Below the pieces are notes generated by a model that was not told the DNA's origin, ran no database searches, and was given only the letters and a program-made list of their open reading frames with translations. A stretch of 64,000 bases of DNA from Candidatus Poribacteria bacterium (lineage in GTDB: Bacteria > Poribacteria > WGA-4E > JAJDTR01). The position numbers and the translations under genes were made by a program. Below are positions 31,064 through 41,232 of this stretch, piece after piece. Where the stretch lies: the NCBI GenBank assembly GCA_965222225.1, contig CBDCTK010000002.1, positions 4,640,001 through 4,704,000 of the forward strand, written 5' to 3'. Each line of letters begins with the position of its first letter. Within the stretch, counting starts at the first letter, position 1.

Positions 31064-32286
31064 ATGCCATTTCTTACAGATAGGGAGTTGCTTGAAATCA
31101 TTTTGGACATCGAATCTGACCGCGCCGAGTTCAAAGAGTCATTGTCGGGCGATTCACCCACGAGAATAAGAGAAGCTATCTGCGCATTTGCCAACGATCT
31201 TCCTCAATACGAAAAACCGGGGGTTGTTTTCGTAGGAGTGAGGAATAACGGGACTATCAAAGGCTTATCCGTCACGGACGAGTTACTTCGGCAGTTGGCA
31301 GATATGAAAACCGACGGAAATATCCTGCCGCCGCCAACGCTGGCAGTTGAAAAGCGTGTTTTGGGAGGTAAAGAAGTCGCCGTAGTCACGGTGCAACCGT
31401 CCGACTCGCCTCCGGTGAAATTCAAAGTGTTATCCACATCCGCATTGGCCCGCGCCGTGGCATTGCTACAAAACAGGATGAAAGGATTCTCAACGAAAAA
31501 CGTCAATCCGGAAATCTGACTTTCGACCTGCAACCTATCCCTACGTCTAGTGTATCCGATCTCAATCTTACCCAATTTGAGAACGAATATTTGCCTCAGG
31601 CGTTTGCCCCCGAGATTCTAGCAGCCAATGAACGGACTCTTGAAGAACGTCTAGGTGCTACGAAAATGATTGTTTCAGTCAATGAGCAAGTTGCGACTGT
31701 GTTGGGAATACTGGCACTCGGCAAAAGTCCACAAGACTATCTACCAGGCGCCTACGTGCAGTTTCTCAGAATTGCTGGAAGCGAACTATCAGATGAAATC
31801 CTTGACAGTGAAGATATACGCGGACCAGTTCCAGACTTGCTCCGCCGTTTGGATGATAAACTGATTGCGCATAACCGAATCGCAGTCGATTTCACGACGG
31901 ACGTTCTGGAACAGCGAACCGAACTCTATCCCATTCCCGCGTTGCAACAGATTACACGCAACGCCGTGATGCACAAAACCTATGAAGCAACGAATGCGCC
32001 TGTCCGTGTTTCTTGGTTCAACGACCGAATTGAGGTATTGAGTCCCGGCGGCGCGTATGGGGTGGTAACCGCTGCGAATTTCGGCCAACCTGGCCTAACA
32101 GATTATCGCAACCCGAATCTTGCAGAAGCAATGAGAACCCTCGGATATGTTCAGCGTTTCGGTGTGGGAATACCGACAGCCCGAAGACTGTTGAAAGAAG
32201 CAGGACATCCAACCCCGGAATTTGAAATTCATGATACTCACTTGCAGGTAACGATTAAGTCTTCAAGTAACCCTCAAATCAAATAA
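31064..32286 (+). CDS. Schlafen/AlbA_2 domain + HATPase_c_4 (RecG-C-terminal-like) protein; apparent 1-bp deletion at about 31427
   Basis: ESDRAEFKES and ICAFAND...VFVGV. Adding one G gives FKGVIHIRIGPRR...EYLPQAF, joining to NAVMHKTY, DRIEVLSPGG and RNPNLAEAMRTLGYVQRFGVGI (about 407 aa). Confidence 0.85.
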
Positions 32287-32288
32287 CA

Positions 32289-33296
32289 ATGACTGTTCCG
32301 GTTCTAACATTCTTCAATAATAAAGGCGGCGTTGGTAAAACCTCGCTTGTCTATCATTTAGCGTGGATGCTTTCTGACATTGGCCATCAAGTGCTTGCCT
32401 GCGACCTTGACCCTCAGTCGAACCTTACCAGCATGTTTATCGGTGAAGAGAGGCTTGAAGTACTGTGGCCAGATAAAAAACCGCGAAAAACTATCTATAA
32501 TGCTCTCGAACCACTCTTGGAAGGGACCGGGGATATCAATCAACCCCACCTGGAGCAGATAACTCAGAAACTGAACCTTATCGTAGGAGACCTTACCTTA
32601 TCTTCCACGGAAGACGAACTTTCGAGCCAATGGCCGGAGTGTCTTGATCGTCGAGCGCGCGCCTTCCGAGTGATTTCCGCGCTGTGCCGAATTTTGCAAA
32701 GAGGGGCAAGCGATAGCGATGCTGAGATTGTTTTAGTGGATGTTGGCCCCAATCTAGGCGCTTTAAACAGAGCGGTCCTAGTAGCATCTGATTTCGTTGT
32801 CGTCCCATTAGGCGCTGATTTGTTCTCGCTTCAAGGGCTGCGAAACCTCGGACCTACGCTGCGAAGTTGGAGAGATGGATGGAAGGATAGACATAATCGT
32901 AATCCTGTCTCTGACTTACCCATACCAAGCGGCTTGATTCAACCGATTGGCTACGTTGTCCAGCAACACGGCGTTCGACTGGGTCGTCCTGTTAAAGCAT
33001 ATGACAAATGGGTTAACCGGATGCCGGCGGAATACGCACGTAACCTGCTTGACGATGAAAAAGGTCCCTATCCCGAAACCCCCTCACAAGATGAAAAACA
33101 CGCACTCGCAACCGTTAAGCACTACCGGAGTCTGGTGCCGATGGCACAAGAAGCCAGAAAGCCTATCTTTCATCTTACCCCGGCAGACGGGGCGATCGGT
33201 TCCCACGCTGCCGCTGCGCGCGACGCCTACACAGACTTTAAGATCCTTGCAGAGAAAATAACGGCTCGAATCAATCTCCCGCCGCCGTCTCTGTGA
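32289..33296 (+). CDS. ParA/Soj-like ATPase (AAA_31), with no ParB partner
   Basis: Deviant Walker A NNKGGVGKT, DLDPQSNLT and VDVGPNLG. Starts 2 nt after the Schlafen-domain gene. Confidence 0.9.
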   Translation: MTVPVLTFFNNKGGVGKTSLVYHLAWMLSDIGHQVLACDLDPQSNLTSMFIGEERLEVLWPDKKPRKTIYNALEPLLEGTGDINQPHLEQITQKLNLIVGDLTLSSTEDELSSQWPECLDRRARAFRVISALCRILQRGASDSDAEIVLVDVGPNLGALNRAVLVASDFVVVPLGADLFSLQGLRNLGPTLRSWRDGWKDRHNRNPVSDLPIPSGLIQPIGYVVQQHGVRLGRPVKAYDKWVNRMPAEYARNLLDDEKGPYPETPSQDEKHALATVKHYRSLVPMAQEARKPIFHLTPADGAIGSHAAAARDAYTDFKILAEKITARINLPPPSL

Positions 33297-33549
33297 CGGT
33301 GCTCCTAGTGGAGGCACACTATCTACCACTTGGTATCTTCTAATTTGCTGGAATAGCGCTCCCCTAGATTCTCCCTGACAAAGAAACTCTTTGATCGCAA
33401 ATCGAAGATTATTCCTGTCTCTGCAAGAGTGTCTTGACACTGAACTCGCCAAATCGTAACGATTTTTCGCTTGACCTCAACACCGATTGCTGCGAAAATG
33501 AAACCGCCTTGGAAAACTGCCCAGCTGCAAACTGGAGAGAGATGCTCTC

Positions 33550-34512
33550 GTGAATGTACCGCCCAAAAAATACGTCCTTGTTCAAGACGAGCGGCTCTTG
33601 GCTTTCGTGATGACTTGCTTCGAAAAAGCGGGACTTGAATCTTGTCATGCACGTCTCATCAGCCGACTGCTGGTCAACAACGATTTGCGTGGTGTCCGTT
33701 CTCACGGCACCCACATTGCCCATAGCTACTGCATGGACTTTGTGAACGGCAACTTGAATCCACGTCCTAACGTGAGGACGTTGAGGGAAAATGGCGTTTC
33801 GACCGTGATTGACGGAGACGGCACGCTTGGTTACCTACCCATGGTGCAAGCGGCGGAGAGTGCTGTCTTACGCGCAAAAGAGAGCGCTCTGGGATTGGCG
33901 TTGGTGCCGCACATCGGGCATTACGGCTCGGCAGGCCATTACACCCGTATCTGTGCCGACGGTGGATGCATCGGTTTTTCAGCACAGTCGGGGCGCAACG
34001 AGTCCAAAGGGAATCCACCTATCAGTTTTGCAATTCCCGGAGGCAATGAGCCGGATTTAGTACTGGATGGCGGGTCAGACCTTTTCGGGCCTTACCATGG
34101 ACCCGAATACGAAGATTTATACAACCGGATTCCCGCAGTGTTCTTTAAAAACTTGGGATTCATGGCAGTTTCTTCCCTGTTAGGCGGCGGACTCACTGGA
34201 TTCACTTTGCCTGAGGGCGACGCTATTCAAGAAGAATGGCCTTCGGCGCGCTTCGGTGGGATGGTTCTCGCCATCAATATTGAAGCAGCCATCCCGGAGG
34301 AGATTTTTCGAGCGGAGGTGGATCTCTACACCCGGGATCTGCTGGCAACCTGTGAACCGATACCCGGCACTGACAGACTGCTCCTGCCGGGCCATCTTGA
34401 GGAAGAGCGCACCGCATTGCATCGGCGCGAGGGGATTCGATTCGGCGAACAGGAACAACAAGCCATGACAGCGCTTCACGAATATTTTGATGTGGCACTG
34501 CCTTGGGATTGA
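33550..34512 (+). CDS. Ldh_2 (malate/L-lactate/ureidoglycolate/sulfolactate dehydrogenase) family oxidoreductase
   Basis: DLRGVRSHG, IDGDGTLG, HIGHYGSAGHY, NPPISFAIP and LLPG motifs. Confidence 0.85.
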   Translation: MNVPPKKYVLVQDERLLAFVMTCFEKAGLESCHARLISRLLVNNDLRGVRSHGTHIAHSYCMDFVNGNLNPRPNVRTLRENGVSTVIDGDGTLGYLPMVQAAESAVLRAKESALGLALVPHIGHYGSAGHYTRICADGGCIGFSAQSGRNESKGNPPISFAIPGGNEPDLVLDGGSDLFGPYHGPEYEDLYNRIPAVFFKNLGFMAVSSLLGGGLTGFTLPEGDAIQEEWPSARFGGMVLAINIEAAIPEEIFRAEVDLYTRDLLATCEPIPGTDRLLLPGHLEEERTALHRREGIRFGEQEQQAMTALHEYFDVALPWD

Positions 34513-34576
34513 GCGGATTCCCATTGCTTCCAAAAAGTGTTGATCTCAGGAACACGGTTGGAAAGGAGAAGAACCG

Positions 34577-35554
34577 ATGCAACTAACCGAAGAACAACTC
34601 GCGACTTGGAGGCGTGACGGCAGTCTAATCGTGCCCAATGTTTTTCCAGCGGAAAGCTATATACCTGCGCTTGAGGCAGTTGAGCGCAACGCTTATGGTG
34701 GATTGACATACGCCGAATACCGCGCAAAATGGGGCGATAATCCTGAAGGTATTCGGGAATTGTATCAAAAAACTCCGGATATACAGCGATTAGCCGGGCC
34801 AATGGGGGCGGCGGTTCATTTCCCGACCGGATTGCCCGCGGTCGATCGTCTGATTGAAAACGAGGACTATATAGACTGTCTCTGCCAGGTGCTAGGAACA
34901 ACCGAGATTCGCTTGGGCTACGGTCAAATCTTCTTCCGCGAAGGACTTACTGATTCACGACACAGCGAGCACCCTTGGGAAGGTTTCCACCTCGACAACG
35001 GCACCAACTCACAGTTGCCGCCACACCCGGACTGGGAGCGGTACAACTACGTGTTGTCCGTGATTGTCCTGCACGATATTGACCCCGATGGTGCTCCCAT
35101 GTTGGTTTGTCCCGGATCGCACAGACAACTCGCATCCTTATTCGGTCGTGGCGGAGGGCACGCCGGGGGCCTGGGTTTGGACGACCTTCGCAAGTTTGAG
35201 GAATTAGCTGATCCGGTGCCCGTCACCGCCAAAGCCGGAAGCATCGCATTTCGATCGAGCTATCTTATTCATGCCGCTCAGCCGTTTGTCAACAAGGAGA
35301 AACAGCGAGGCTGGATGGGGTTCAACTTTCATCGCGCCGACAACGGCGACTGGTGTCACACCACTCGTCCTATCCCCGGCTGGTCAACTCCACAATACGT
35401 GGACTTCGTAGCCGGTACTACCCCTCGCGCACGTCAACTGTTGGGCTGGCCCGCGCCCGGCGACGACTACTACACCGAGGAAGCGCTCGAACGTCTGGCA
35501 TACGCCTATCCAGATATCGACCTAACTCCGTATCGGGACGCTATAGCACAATGA
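34577..35554 (+). CDS. PhyH-family dioxygenase
   Basis: LTEEQLATWRRDG, FHLD, CPGSH and KAGSIAFRSSYLIHAA motifs. Confidence 0.88.
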   Translation: MQLTEEQLATWRRDGSLIVPNVFPAESYIPALEAVERNAYGGLTYAEYRAKWGDNPEGIRELYQKTPDIQRLAGPMGAAVHFPTGLPAVDRLIENEDYIDCLCQVLGTTEIRLGYGQIFFREGLTDSRHSEHPWEGFHLDNGTNSQLPPHPDWERYNYVLSVIVLHDIDPDGAPMLVCPGSHRQLASLFGRGGGHAGGLGLDDLRKFEELADPVPVTAKAGSIAFRSSYLIHAAQPFVNKEKQRGWMGFNFHRADNGDWCHTTRPIPGWSTPQYVDFVAGTTPRARQLLGWPAPGDDYYTEEALERLAYAYPDIDLTPYRDAIAQ

Positions 35555-35683
35555 AACATAAAGACTTGAGCGCGGCGAGTCTCATAATTGCTGTTGAATT
35601 GATTAGTCTCAGTGTGAAAACCAAATCCAGCTCCCAGGCGTTTCGGTTGGGGATTCATTTGCCTTCAACCCCAAGAGGTCTCT

Positions 35684-36745
35684 ATGAATGAACTAATCGC
35701 GTCGCTAACTGCCGCGGGCCACGCGCCGATCCAACTGTACGGAAAAGGCGGTTCACTACTCCTTCTTCCATATGGCGGCAGAACCCTCGGTCTATACAAT
35801 CGGGATGGGCATAATTTCTTCTGGGTCAACCCGGATCTTAATCACATCGCGACTGCCGAGACCTTTTTCACCAAAGAAGGCTGGAAGAATAGCGGAGGAG
35901 ACCGCACTTGGGTGGCCCCCGAAGTTGAACTGTTCATTTCAGACATTGAGAATCCCGGCGAGACGTATCAGGTTCCCTCATCACTGGACCACGGTAACTA
36001 CACGGTTCAACACGGCAAAGGGCAAGTTAAGTTGACCAATCAAGCGCGTGTTTTTCTAAACCGACAGGAAAAAACCTGTGAGATTGAGCTGGCAAAAACT
36101 ATCCGAATGACAGAGAACCCGTTGCGTTATGAAAAGGACAGGACGCCGTCCCATGGGAAGCTTGACTTTGTTGGTTATGAGCAACTCACGTCGCTTCGAT
36201 TTACCTCTTTGGAAGCACCGGGGATTCGTCTTGGAATCTGGAATTTGGTTCAGGTTCCTGCCGGAGGGGAGATTGTTGTACCTACGGTGAGAGAAAGTGC
36301 CCCGAAGACCTACTTTGGGGATGTAGGAGCAAGCCATCTATGCGTCACTCCTGAATCTATCCGATTCCGCGTTGATGCGAAGCATTCCCACAAAATCGGT
36401 GTGCGTGCCGCGTCTACGATTGGACGAATAGGGTATCTTCGACCTATAGGAGACGGGAAGAAAACATTGGTCGTGCGCAATTTCTTCGTCGCTCCTTCAG
36501 CCGAGTACGTGGACGTCCCGTGGGACGATTTGGATGACTTCGGTTATGCCGTCCAGTGTTACAACGACAACGGCGATCTGGGAGAGTTCGGCGAAATGGA
36601 ATATCACACACCGGCAATCGGCGATGGCACCGGATTGAGCAGTTACCAGGATCGAAGCCAAGTTTGGGCTTTCCTTGGCGACGCCCAATCTGTGGACGAG
36701 ACGTTTAGGCAGTTACTTGGCACCGACCCAAATTCAGCCGCGTAA
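35684..36745 (+). CDS. DUF6786/DUF4380-like protein (galactose-mutarotase-like beta-sandwich)
   Basis: GGRTLG, NSGGDRTWVAPE, GIWNL and QCYND...FGEMEYHTPA motifs. Confidence 0.6.
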   Translation: MNELIASLTAAGHAPIQLYGKGGSLLLLPYGGRTLGLYNRDGHNFFWVNPDLNHIATAETFFTKEGWKNSGGDRTWVAPEVELFISDIENPGETYQVPSSLDHGNYTVQHGKGQVKLTNQARVFLNRQEKTCEIELAKTIRMTENPLRYEKDRTPSHGKLDFVGYEQLTSLRFTSLEAPGIRLGIWNLVQVPAGGEIVVPTVRESAPKTYFGDVGASHLCVTPESIRFRVDAKHSHKIGVRAASTIGRIGYLRPIGDGKKTLVVRNFFVAPSAEYVDVPWDDLDDFGYAVQCYNDNGDLGEFGEMEYHTPAIGDGTGLSSYQDRSQVWAFLGDAQSVDETFRQLLGTDPNSAA

Positions 36746-36983
36746 AAAGGATGACCTCTGGTGCAAGGGTGTAACGAAGTTGTTGGTACTTTACTCTTAT
36801 GCTGAAACTTGCCCAATTCCTGAGTGTGCAAGAAAGAACCTAGGTCTCGACGCTATTTTGATGAGGTGTTGAGTACACGTCTGAAAAACTACTAGTAGGG
36901 ATTTCAAAACGTAAGGGCGTTAGTTAACCTATGTCCTTAGTTATCACTTAACAGAATTCACTTTGTGGGAAAGGCTAAATAGG

Positions 36984-39900
36984 ATGAGCCATGTATGGGT
37001 GCACCACCACTTGTTCCGTTTAATTGCAATTGGGTTTGCGATTTCAACTCTGTTGCTAGGTTGTAAGGAAGAGGTGACCCGAAAGGCAGATTGGGAAACC
37101 CATTTCACAGACCTTCACTTCGTGAACGCAAAGCTCGGATGGATCGTAGGACTCGAAGGGTTGATTATCCACACCGACGATAGTGGACTGACATGGAAGA
37201 AACAGGAAGTTGACACAACCGGTGACTTTAAGGCGGTACATTTTGCAAATAGTCGCTACGGATGGGCAGTCGGTGATGAAGGATTAATCGCCACGACCGA
37301 TGATGGCGGACGACACTGGCAGCTACAGACGAGTGGAACGTGGGCGATGCTGCGCGATGTCTTTTTTGCAAATTCTAAGGAAGGATGGGTGGTCGGTGAA
37401 AACGCAGACGTCCTCTATACGCAGGACGGCGGAAAAACATGGAAGCGCCGCGAATTCGTGAGCGAGTTTCCACTCAGCGGCGCGTGGTTTGTTGATAATA
37501 AACGTGGTTGGATTGTGGGCGAGCAGGACAGGATTCTGCATACTAATGACGGAGGAAAGACGTGGCACGAGCAAAGTAACCGATTTGAGGGCGAAAGAGA
37601 TCGGATGATTAACGACAACAAACAGGTCTTTTTCATCAGCCAAGGTGAAGGGTGGCTCGTTGGAAGCGATGGTTCAATCTTTCACACAAAGAACAGCGGC
37701 GCTACGTGGAATCGACAGGACAGTCGGATCCCTCTAATTAACGGGCACGTCCGAGATACAATTAATAGCATCCATTTTGTTGATAGGCAAAGAGGCGTCG
37801 CCGTCGCCGATGTCGGGTTCATCACGTTCACGGAAGACGGTGGTAAAAATTGGCGATTGCTTGACAGCGGGACGGAGAATAATTTAACCGGCGTCCAGTT
37901 TACGACGCCTAACGAAGCCTGGGCAGTCGGTTGGTACGGCAGCATCCTGCAATCGACGGATGGAGGTGCGACTTGGGACATGGTCAGTGGCACGACCGCC
38001 AACGACCTGGAGAACGTTCAGTTTGTGGATGCCAATCGTGCCATTGCTGTTGGAAAGCGCGGAACGATTGCCATGAGCCAAGATGGCGGAAAAACGTGGA
38101 CGGAAGTTGACGCCGAAATCTGGGATAATATACGCAATATCTTTTTTGTTTCGGATAAAGAGGGATGGGCGGTCGGGGAACGCGGTATGATTGTTCATAC
38201 CACCGATGGCGGTCAGACGTGGGAACGTCAAAACAGCGGCTGGGGCTATGTACTCACAGCAGTGCATTTCGTGACACCGAAAAAGGGATGGGTTGTCGGC
38301 GAACTAGGTACGGTACTTCATACTGGCGATGGCGGCGAATCTTGGGTGCCTCAGACACCGGGCGAGTGGCAATCCCTCAAAGGCGTTTTCTTGCTCGATG
38401 AGAAGGAAGGATGGGCTGTGGGATGGCCCGGCACGGTGATTCACACCACCAACGGAGGCATGACTTGGACGCAGCAGACGACTAAAACCTACAATGAGTT
38501 ATACGCTGTTTATTTCGTTGACAGTGACAACGGCTGGATCTCGGGCCAGTTCGGTGAAATTCTGCGCACCAAGGATGGTGGTCGAACGTGGAAATTCCAA
38601 CAGAGCGGTACGCAAGAGAATCTCAACAAAATTTACTTTGCCAACACAAAACACGGTCTGATTGTGGGTGATAACGGTGTGATTCTAACCACGACTGACG
38701 GCGGAGTGAACTGGGAATTTCAAGAAAGCGGTACCGAAAATGACCTCCTCGGGTTCGCGCTTTCGCCGGAAGGGATGGTCGCTGTTGGTAAAGGCGGCAT
38801 CGCCATGCGATATTCCGTAGATGCCGAAGAGTTGCCTGTTGCACTGCCGCCAACCGCGGAAGAAATTGAGATTGCCGAGGCAGCTGAGACTCCTCCGGTC
38901 GTTGAGGAGATTACATATCACTGGGAAATTGTTCGTCAAGCCACATGGCAGACTGATTTCAACGACACCTACTTTATCAATGATAGAAAAGGCTGGGCAG
39001 TCGGCAGCAGTGGCGTCATAGCCCACACCACCGACGGTGGAAAAACTTGGAAGCCTCAGCACAGCAGCGTCGAGATTGATCTGCATCACATAACCTTCAT
39101 TGACCCCGAACACGGCTGGATTATTGGGCGTGGCGTGTTGCTCCGTACGGAGAATGGCGGCGAAACATGGCAGGTCATACAGAAGATGCTGCAGAATTTT
39201 CGCAACGTCCGCTCCATACAGTTCCTGACGCCACTGGAAGGTTGGCTGGGTGTAGATCAGGGGCAGACGCTGCATACATTAGACGGCGGATTGACTTGGA
39301 AACTTCAAAAAACGGGTACTACAAATCGACCCATCACACATTTACATTTCATCAACAACCTGGAAGGATGGGCAGTTGCTCCGCAACGGCGTGATGGCGG
39401 GTTTATCCTTCATACGACAAATGGTGGCGATTATTGGCAGATTCAATCCAAGACCAATCTAGTGGGTATCGCAATTCACTTCGCAGACGCCAAATCAGGT
39501 TGGGTAATCGTAAGAAATGGAGACTCACTGATTACCAACGATGGCGGGCATACCTGGACGCGCCGTCCTTCAGAGTTGGGTAATCGCATTCGCAGCGTGA
39601 AGATGCGTAGCCACCATGAGGCGTGGGGAGTTAGTCTTGACGGGCAAATCCTTTTGACCCGAGATCAGGGTAGAAGTTGGGAACATACTTATGTCGACTT
39701 GGCCGCAAGAGAGAAAGAACCGGTGCCACCAACGGAAGATTTGGAATCAAACCAAGAATTAGCCGAGTCTGGTTCATCCGGCACATCTCAGGATGTTGCA
39801 GATATTCGAGCTGCTTTAGATGAGGATGCCGGTGAGGCGTTCAGGAATCATCAGCGCGGGCGCCCCCCGCGTCCTCGTGGCCTCAATCCAGAAAGTGGTT

Positions 39901-40973
39901 CTGGCGAGAGCGTTGCTACGCCGAGAGCCAGACGCCCCCGCCTTGGTCGCCCTAGCTCGGCCGAGGAAATTGCAAATTTTCACTATGTCAACGACCACGA
40001 CGCGTGGGCAGTCGGGAAAGCCGGGCACATCTATCACACGCACGATGGCGGCGTAACATGGGAGCGCCAGCTTGGTGAGCAGCTTGATGATTTCCATGAC
40101 GTGCTCTTCTTGGACGAAGGCAATGGCTGGATTGCCGGAGACAATGGATTGCTGTTGGAGACCCAGGACGCCGGACGGAACTGGACAGCTCTGGACATCG
40201 GAACACGACAAAAAATAATCGGCGTACACTTTGCGAGCCTAGATCCCAAATGGGGCTGGACGATGAGGCGTGATGGTACGTTGTTCTATACAACTGATGG
40301 CAAGAAATGGTCAGCCGGAAAGACACCGATGCGACCCCCTCTTTTCGAGGAGGATCCCCCGCAACGTTTTGTGATGAATGACGTTGGATTCGGCAGATTT
40401 TCCGAAGGCTGGGCAGTTGGAGAGGACGGGCAAATCCTTCATAATAGGGACGGCGGGCCTATCTGGGAACCACAGAGAACCACTACGGGCAGAAATCTCC
40501 TCAAGGTTGAAACAAAATTCGTACCTCTCGCTTGGGCGGTCGGATCCGGCGGCACTGTCCAGCGGACGATTAATGGTGGTGAATATTGGAAGCTGCATGA
40601 AACCAACACAGGATACGACCTGAACGGCGTGTCATTCTTCACCAAAAGGAAGGGATGGGCTGTTGGGCGCTACGGAATCGTCCTACGCACGACCAATGGC
40701 GGATTTAAGTGGGAAGCCGAACCGAGTGGCGTAACCTCCAACCTTTACGACATTGCGGCAGTCTCCAAACAGGATATTTATGCGGTAGGAGCCAAAGGGA
40801 TGATTCTTCACTCTGCCGACGGTGGAGAAACCTGGAAGCAGCAACATACGGATATTGACAACGACCTTTACACAATTGTTCGCCCGCAAGATAGTGATAC
40901 TCTTTGGGTTGTTGGTCAGTGGGGAGTAGTGTTGCGCCAAAGAGTTGGCAGTGTTAAAATGTCAATGCGGTGA
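36984..40973 (+). CDS. Large YCF48-like/BNR (Asp-box) multi-beta-propeller lipoprotein
   Basis: Lipobox LLG-C after a hydrophobic stretch. 26 TxDGGxxW-type repeats, each preceded by F...GW(A/V)VG, with two low-complexity linkers. Confidence 0.9.
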   Translation: MSHVWVHHHLFRLIAIGFAISTLLLGCKEEVTRKADWETHFTDLHFVNAKLGWIVGLEGLIIHTDDSGLTWKKQEVDTTGDFKAVHFANSRYGWAVGDEGLIATTDDGGRHWQLQTSGTWAMLRDVFFANSKEGWVVGENADVLYTQDGGKTWKRREFVSEFPLSGAWFVDNKRGWIVGEQDRILHTNDGGKTWHEQSNRFEGERDRMINDNKQVFFISQGEGWLVGSDGSIFHTKNSGATWNRQDSRIPLINGHVRDTINSIHFVDRQRGVAVADVGFITFTEDGGKNWRLLDSGTENNLTGVQFTTPNEAWAVGWYGSILQSTDGGATWDMVSGTTANDLENVQFVDANRAIAVGKRGTIAMSQDGGKTWTEVDAEIWDNIRNIFFVSDKEGWAVGERGMIVHTTDGGQTWERQNSGWGYVLTAVHFVTPKKGWVVGELGTVLHTGDGGESWVPQTPGEWQSLKGVFLLDEKEGWAVGWPGTVIHTTNGGMTWTQQTTKTYNELYAVYFVDSDNGWISGQFGEILRTKDGGRTWKFQQSGTQENLNKIYFANTKHGLIVGDNGVILTTTDGGVNWEFQESGTENDLLGFALSPEGMVAVGKGGIAMRYSVDAEELPVALPPTAEEIEIAEAAETPPVVEEITYHWEIVRQATWQTDFNDTYFINDRKGWAVGSSGVIAHTTDGGKTWKPQHSSVEIDLHHITFIDPEHGWIIGRGVLLRTENGGETWQVIQKMLQNFRNVRSIQFLTPLEGWLGVDQGQTLHTLDGGLTWKLQKTGTTNRPITHLHFINNLEGWAVAPQRRDGGFILHTTNGGDYWQIQSKTNLVGIAIHFADAKSGWVIVRNGDSLITNDGGHTWTRRPSELGNRIRSVKMRSHHEAWGVSLDGQILLTRDQGRSWEHTYVDLAAREKEPVPPTEDLESNQELAESGSSGTSQDVADIRAALDEDAGEAFRNHQRGRPPRPRGLNPESGSGESVATPRARRPRLGRPSSAEEIANFHYVNDHDAWAVGKAGHIYHTHDGGVTWERQLGEQLDDFHDVLFLDEGNGWIAGDNGLLLETQDAGRNWTALDIGTRQKIIGVHFASLDPKWGWTMRRDGTLFYTTDGKKWSAGKTPMRPPLFEEDPPQRFVMNDVGFGRFSEGWAVGEDGQILHNRDGGPIWEPQRTTTGRNLLKVETKFVPLAWAVGSGGTVQRTINGGEYWKLHETNTGYDLNGVSFFTKRKGWAVGRYGIVLRTTNGGFKWEAEPSGVTSNLYDIAAVSKQDIYAVGAKGMILHSADGGETWKQQHTDIDNDLYTIVRPQDSDTLWVVGQWGVVLRQRVGSVKMSMR

Positions 40974-41232
40974 AGAATCAGCACGCATGTGCTGTTATTA
41001 CCATTGAAGGTTGTTTGCTTAAATGGGTGCCATGAAAGACAGCTTCTTGCATTCACGCAATCGGAGAGCGATTTTCCACTTCACGATATTACAGGGACGA
41101 TCGTGATGTTGAATTCAACTGGCGTACGCCTAGAGTTGGGTGAGGATGTGAGAAACTCCCGCTGATTGTCCGGGAATACCCATAAGACGCGGAGCACCGT
41201 TCAACCCAACCTACGCACTAGGATTCAGAACC

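Noticed and set aside
32289-33296. Chromosome or plasmid partition locus
   Set aside because: No parB, parS-like repeats or rep gene; the context is defence-like.
36984-40973. Evidence of photosynthesis (YCF48 photosystem II factor)
   Set aside because: The repeat family is widespread in non-phototrophs, the protein is about four times the size of YCF48, and no psb genes are present.
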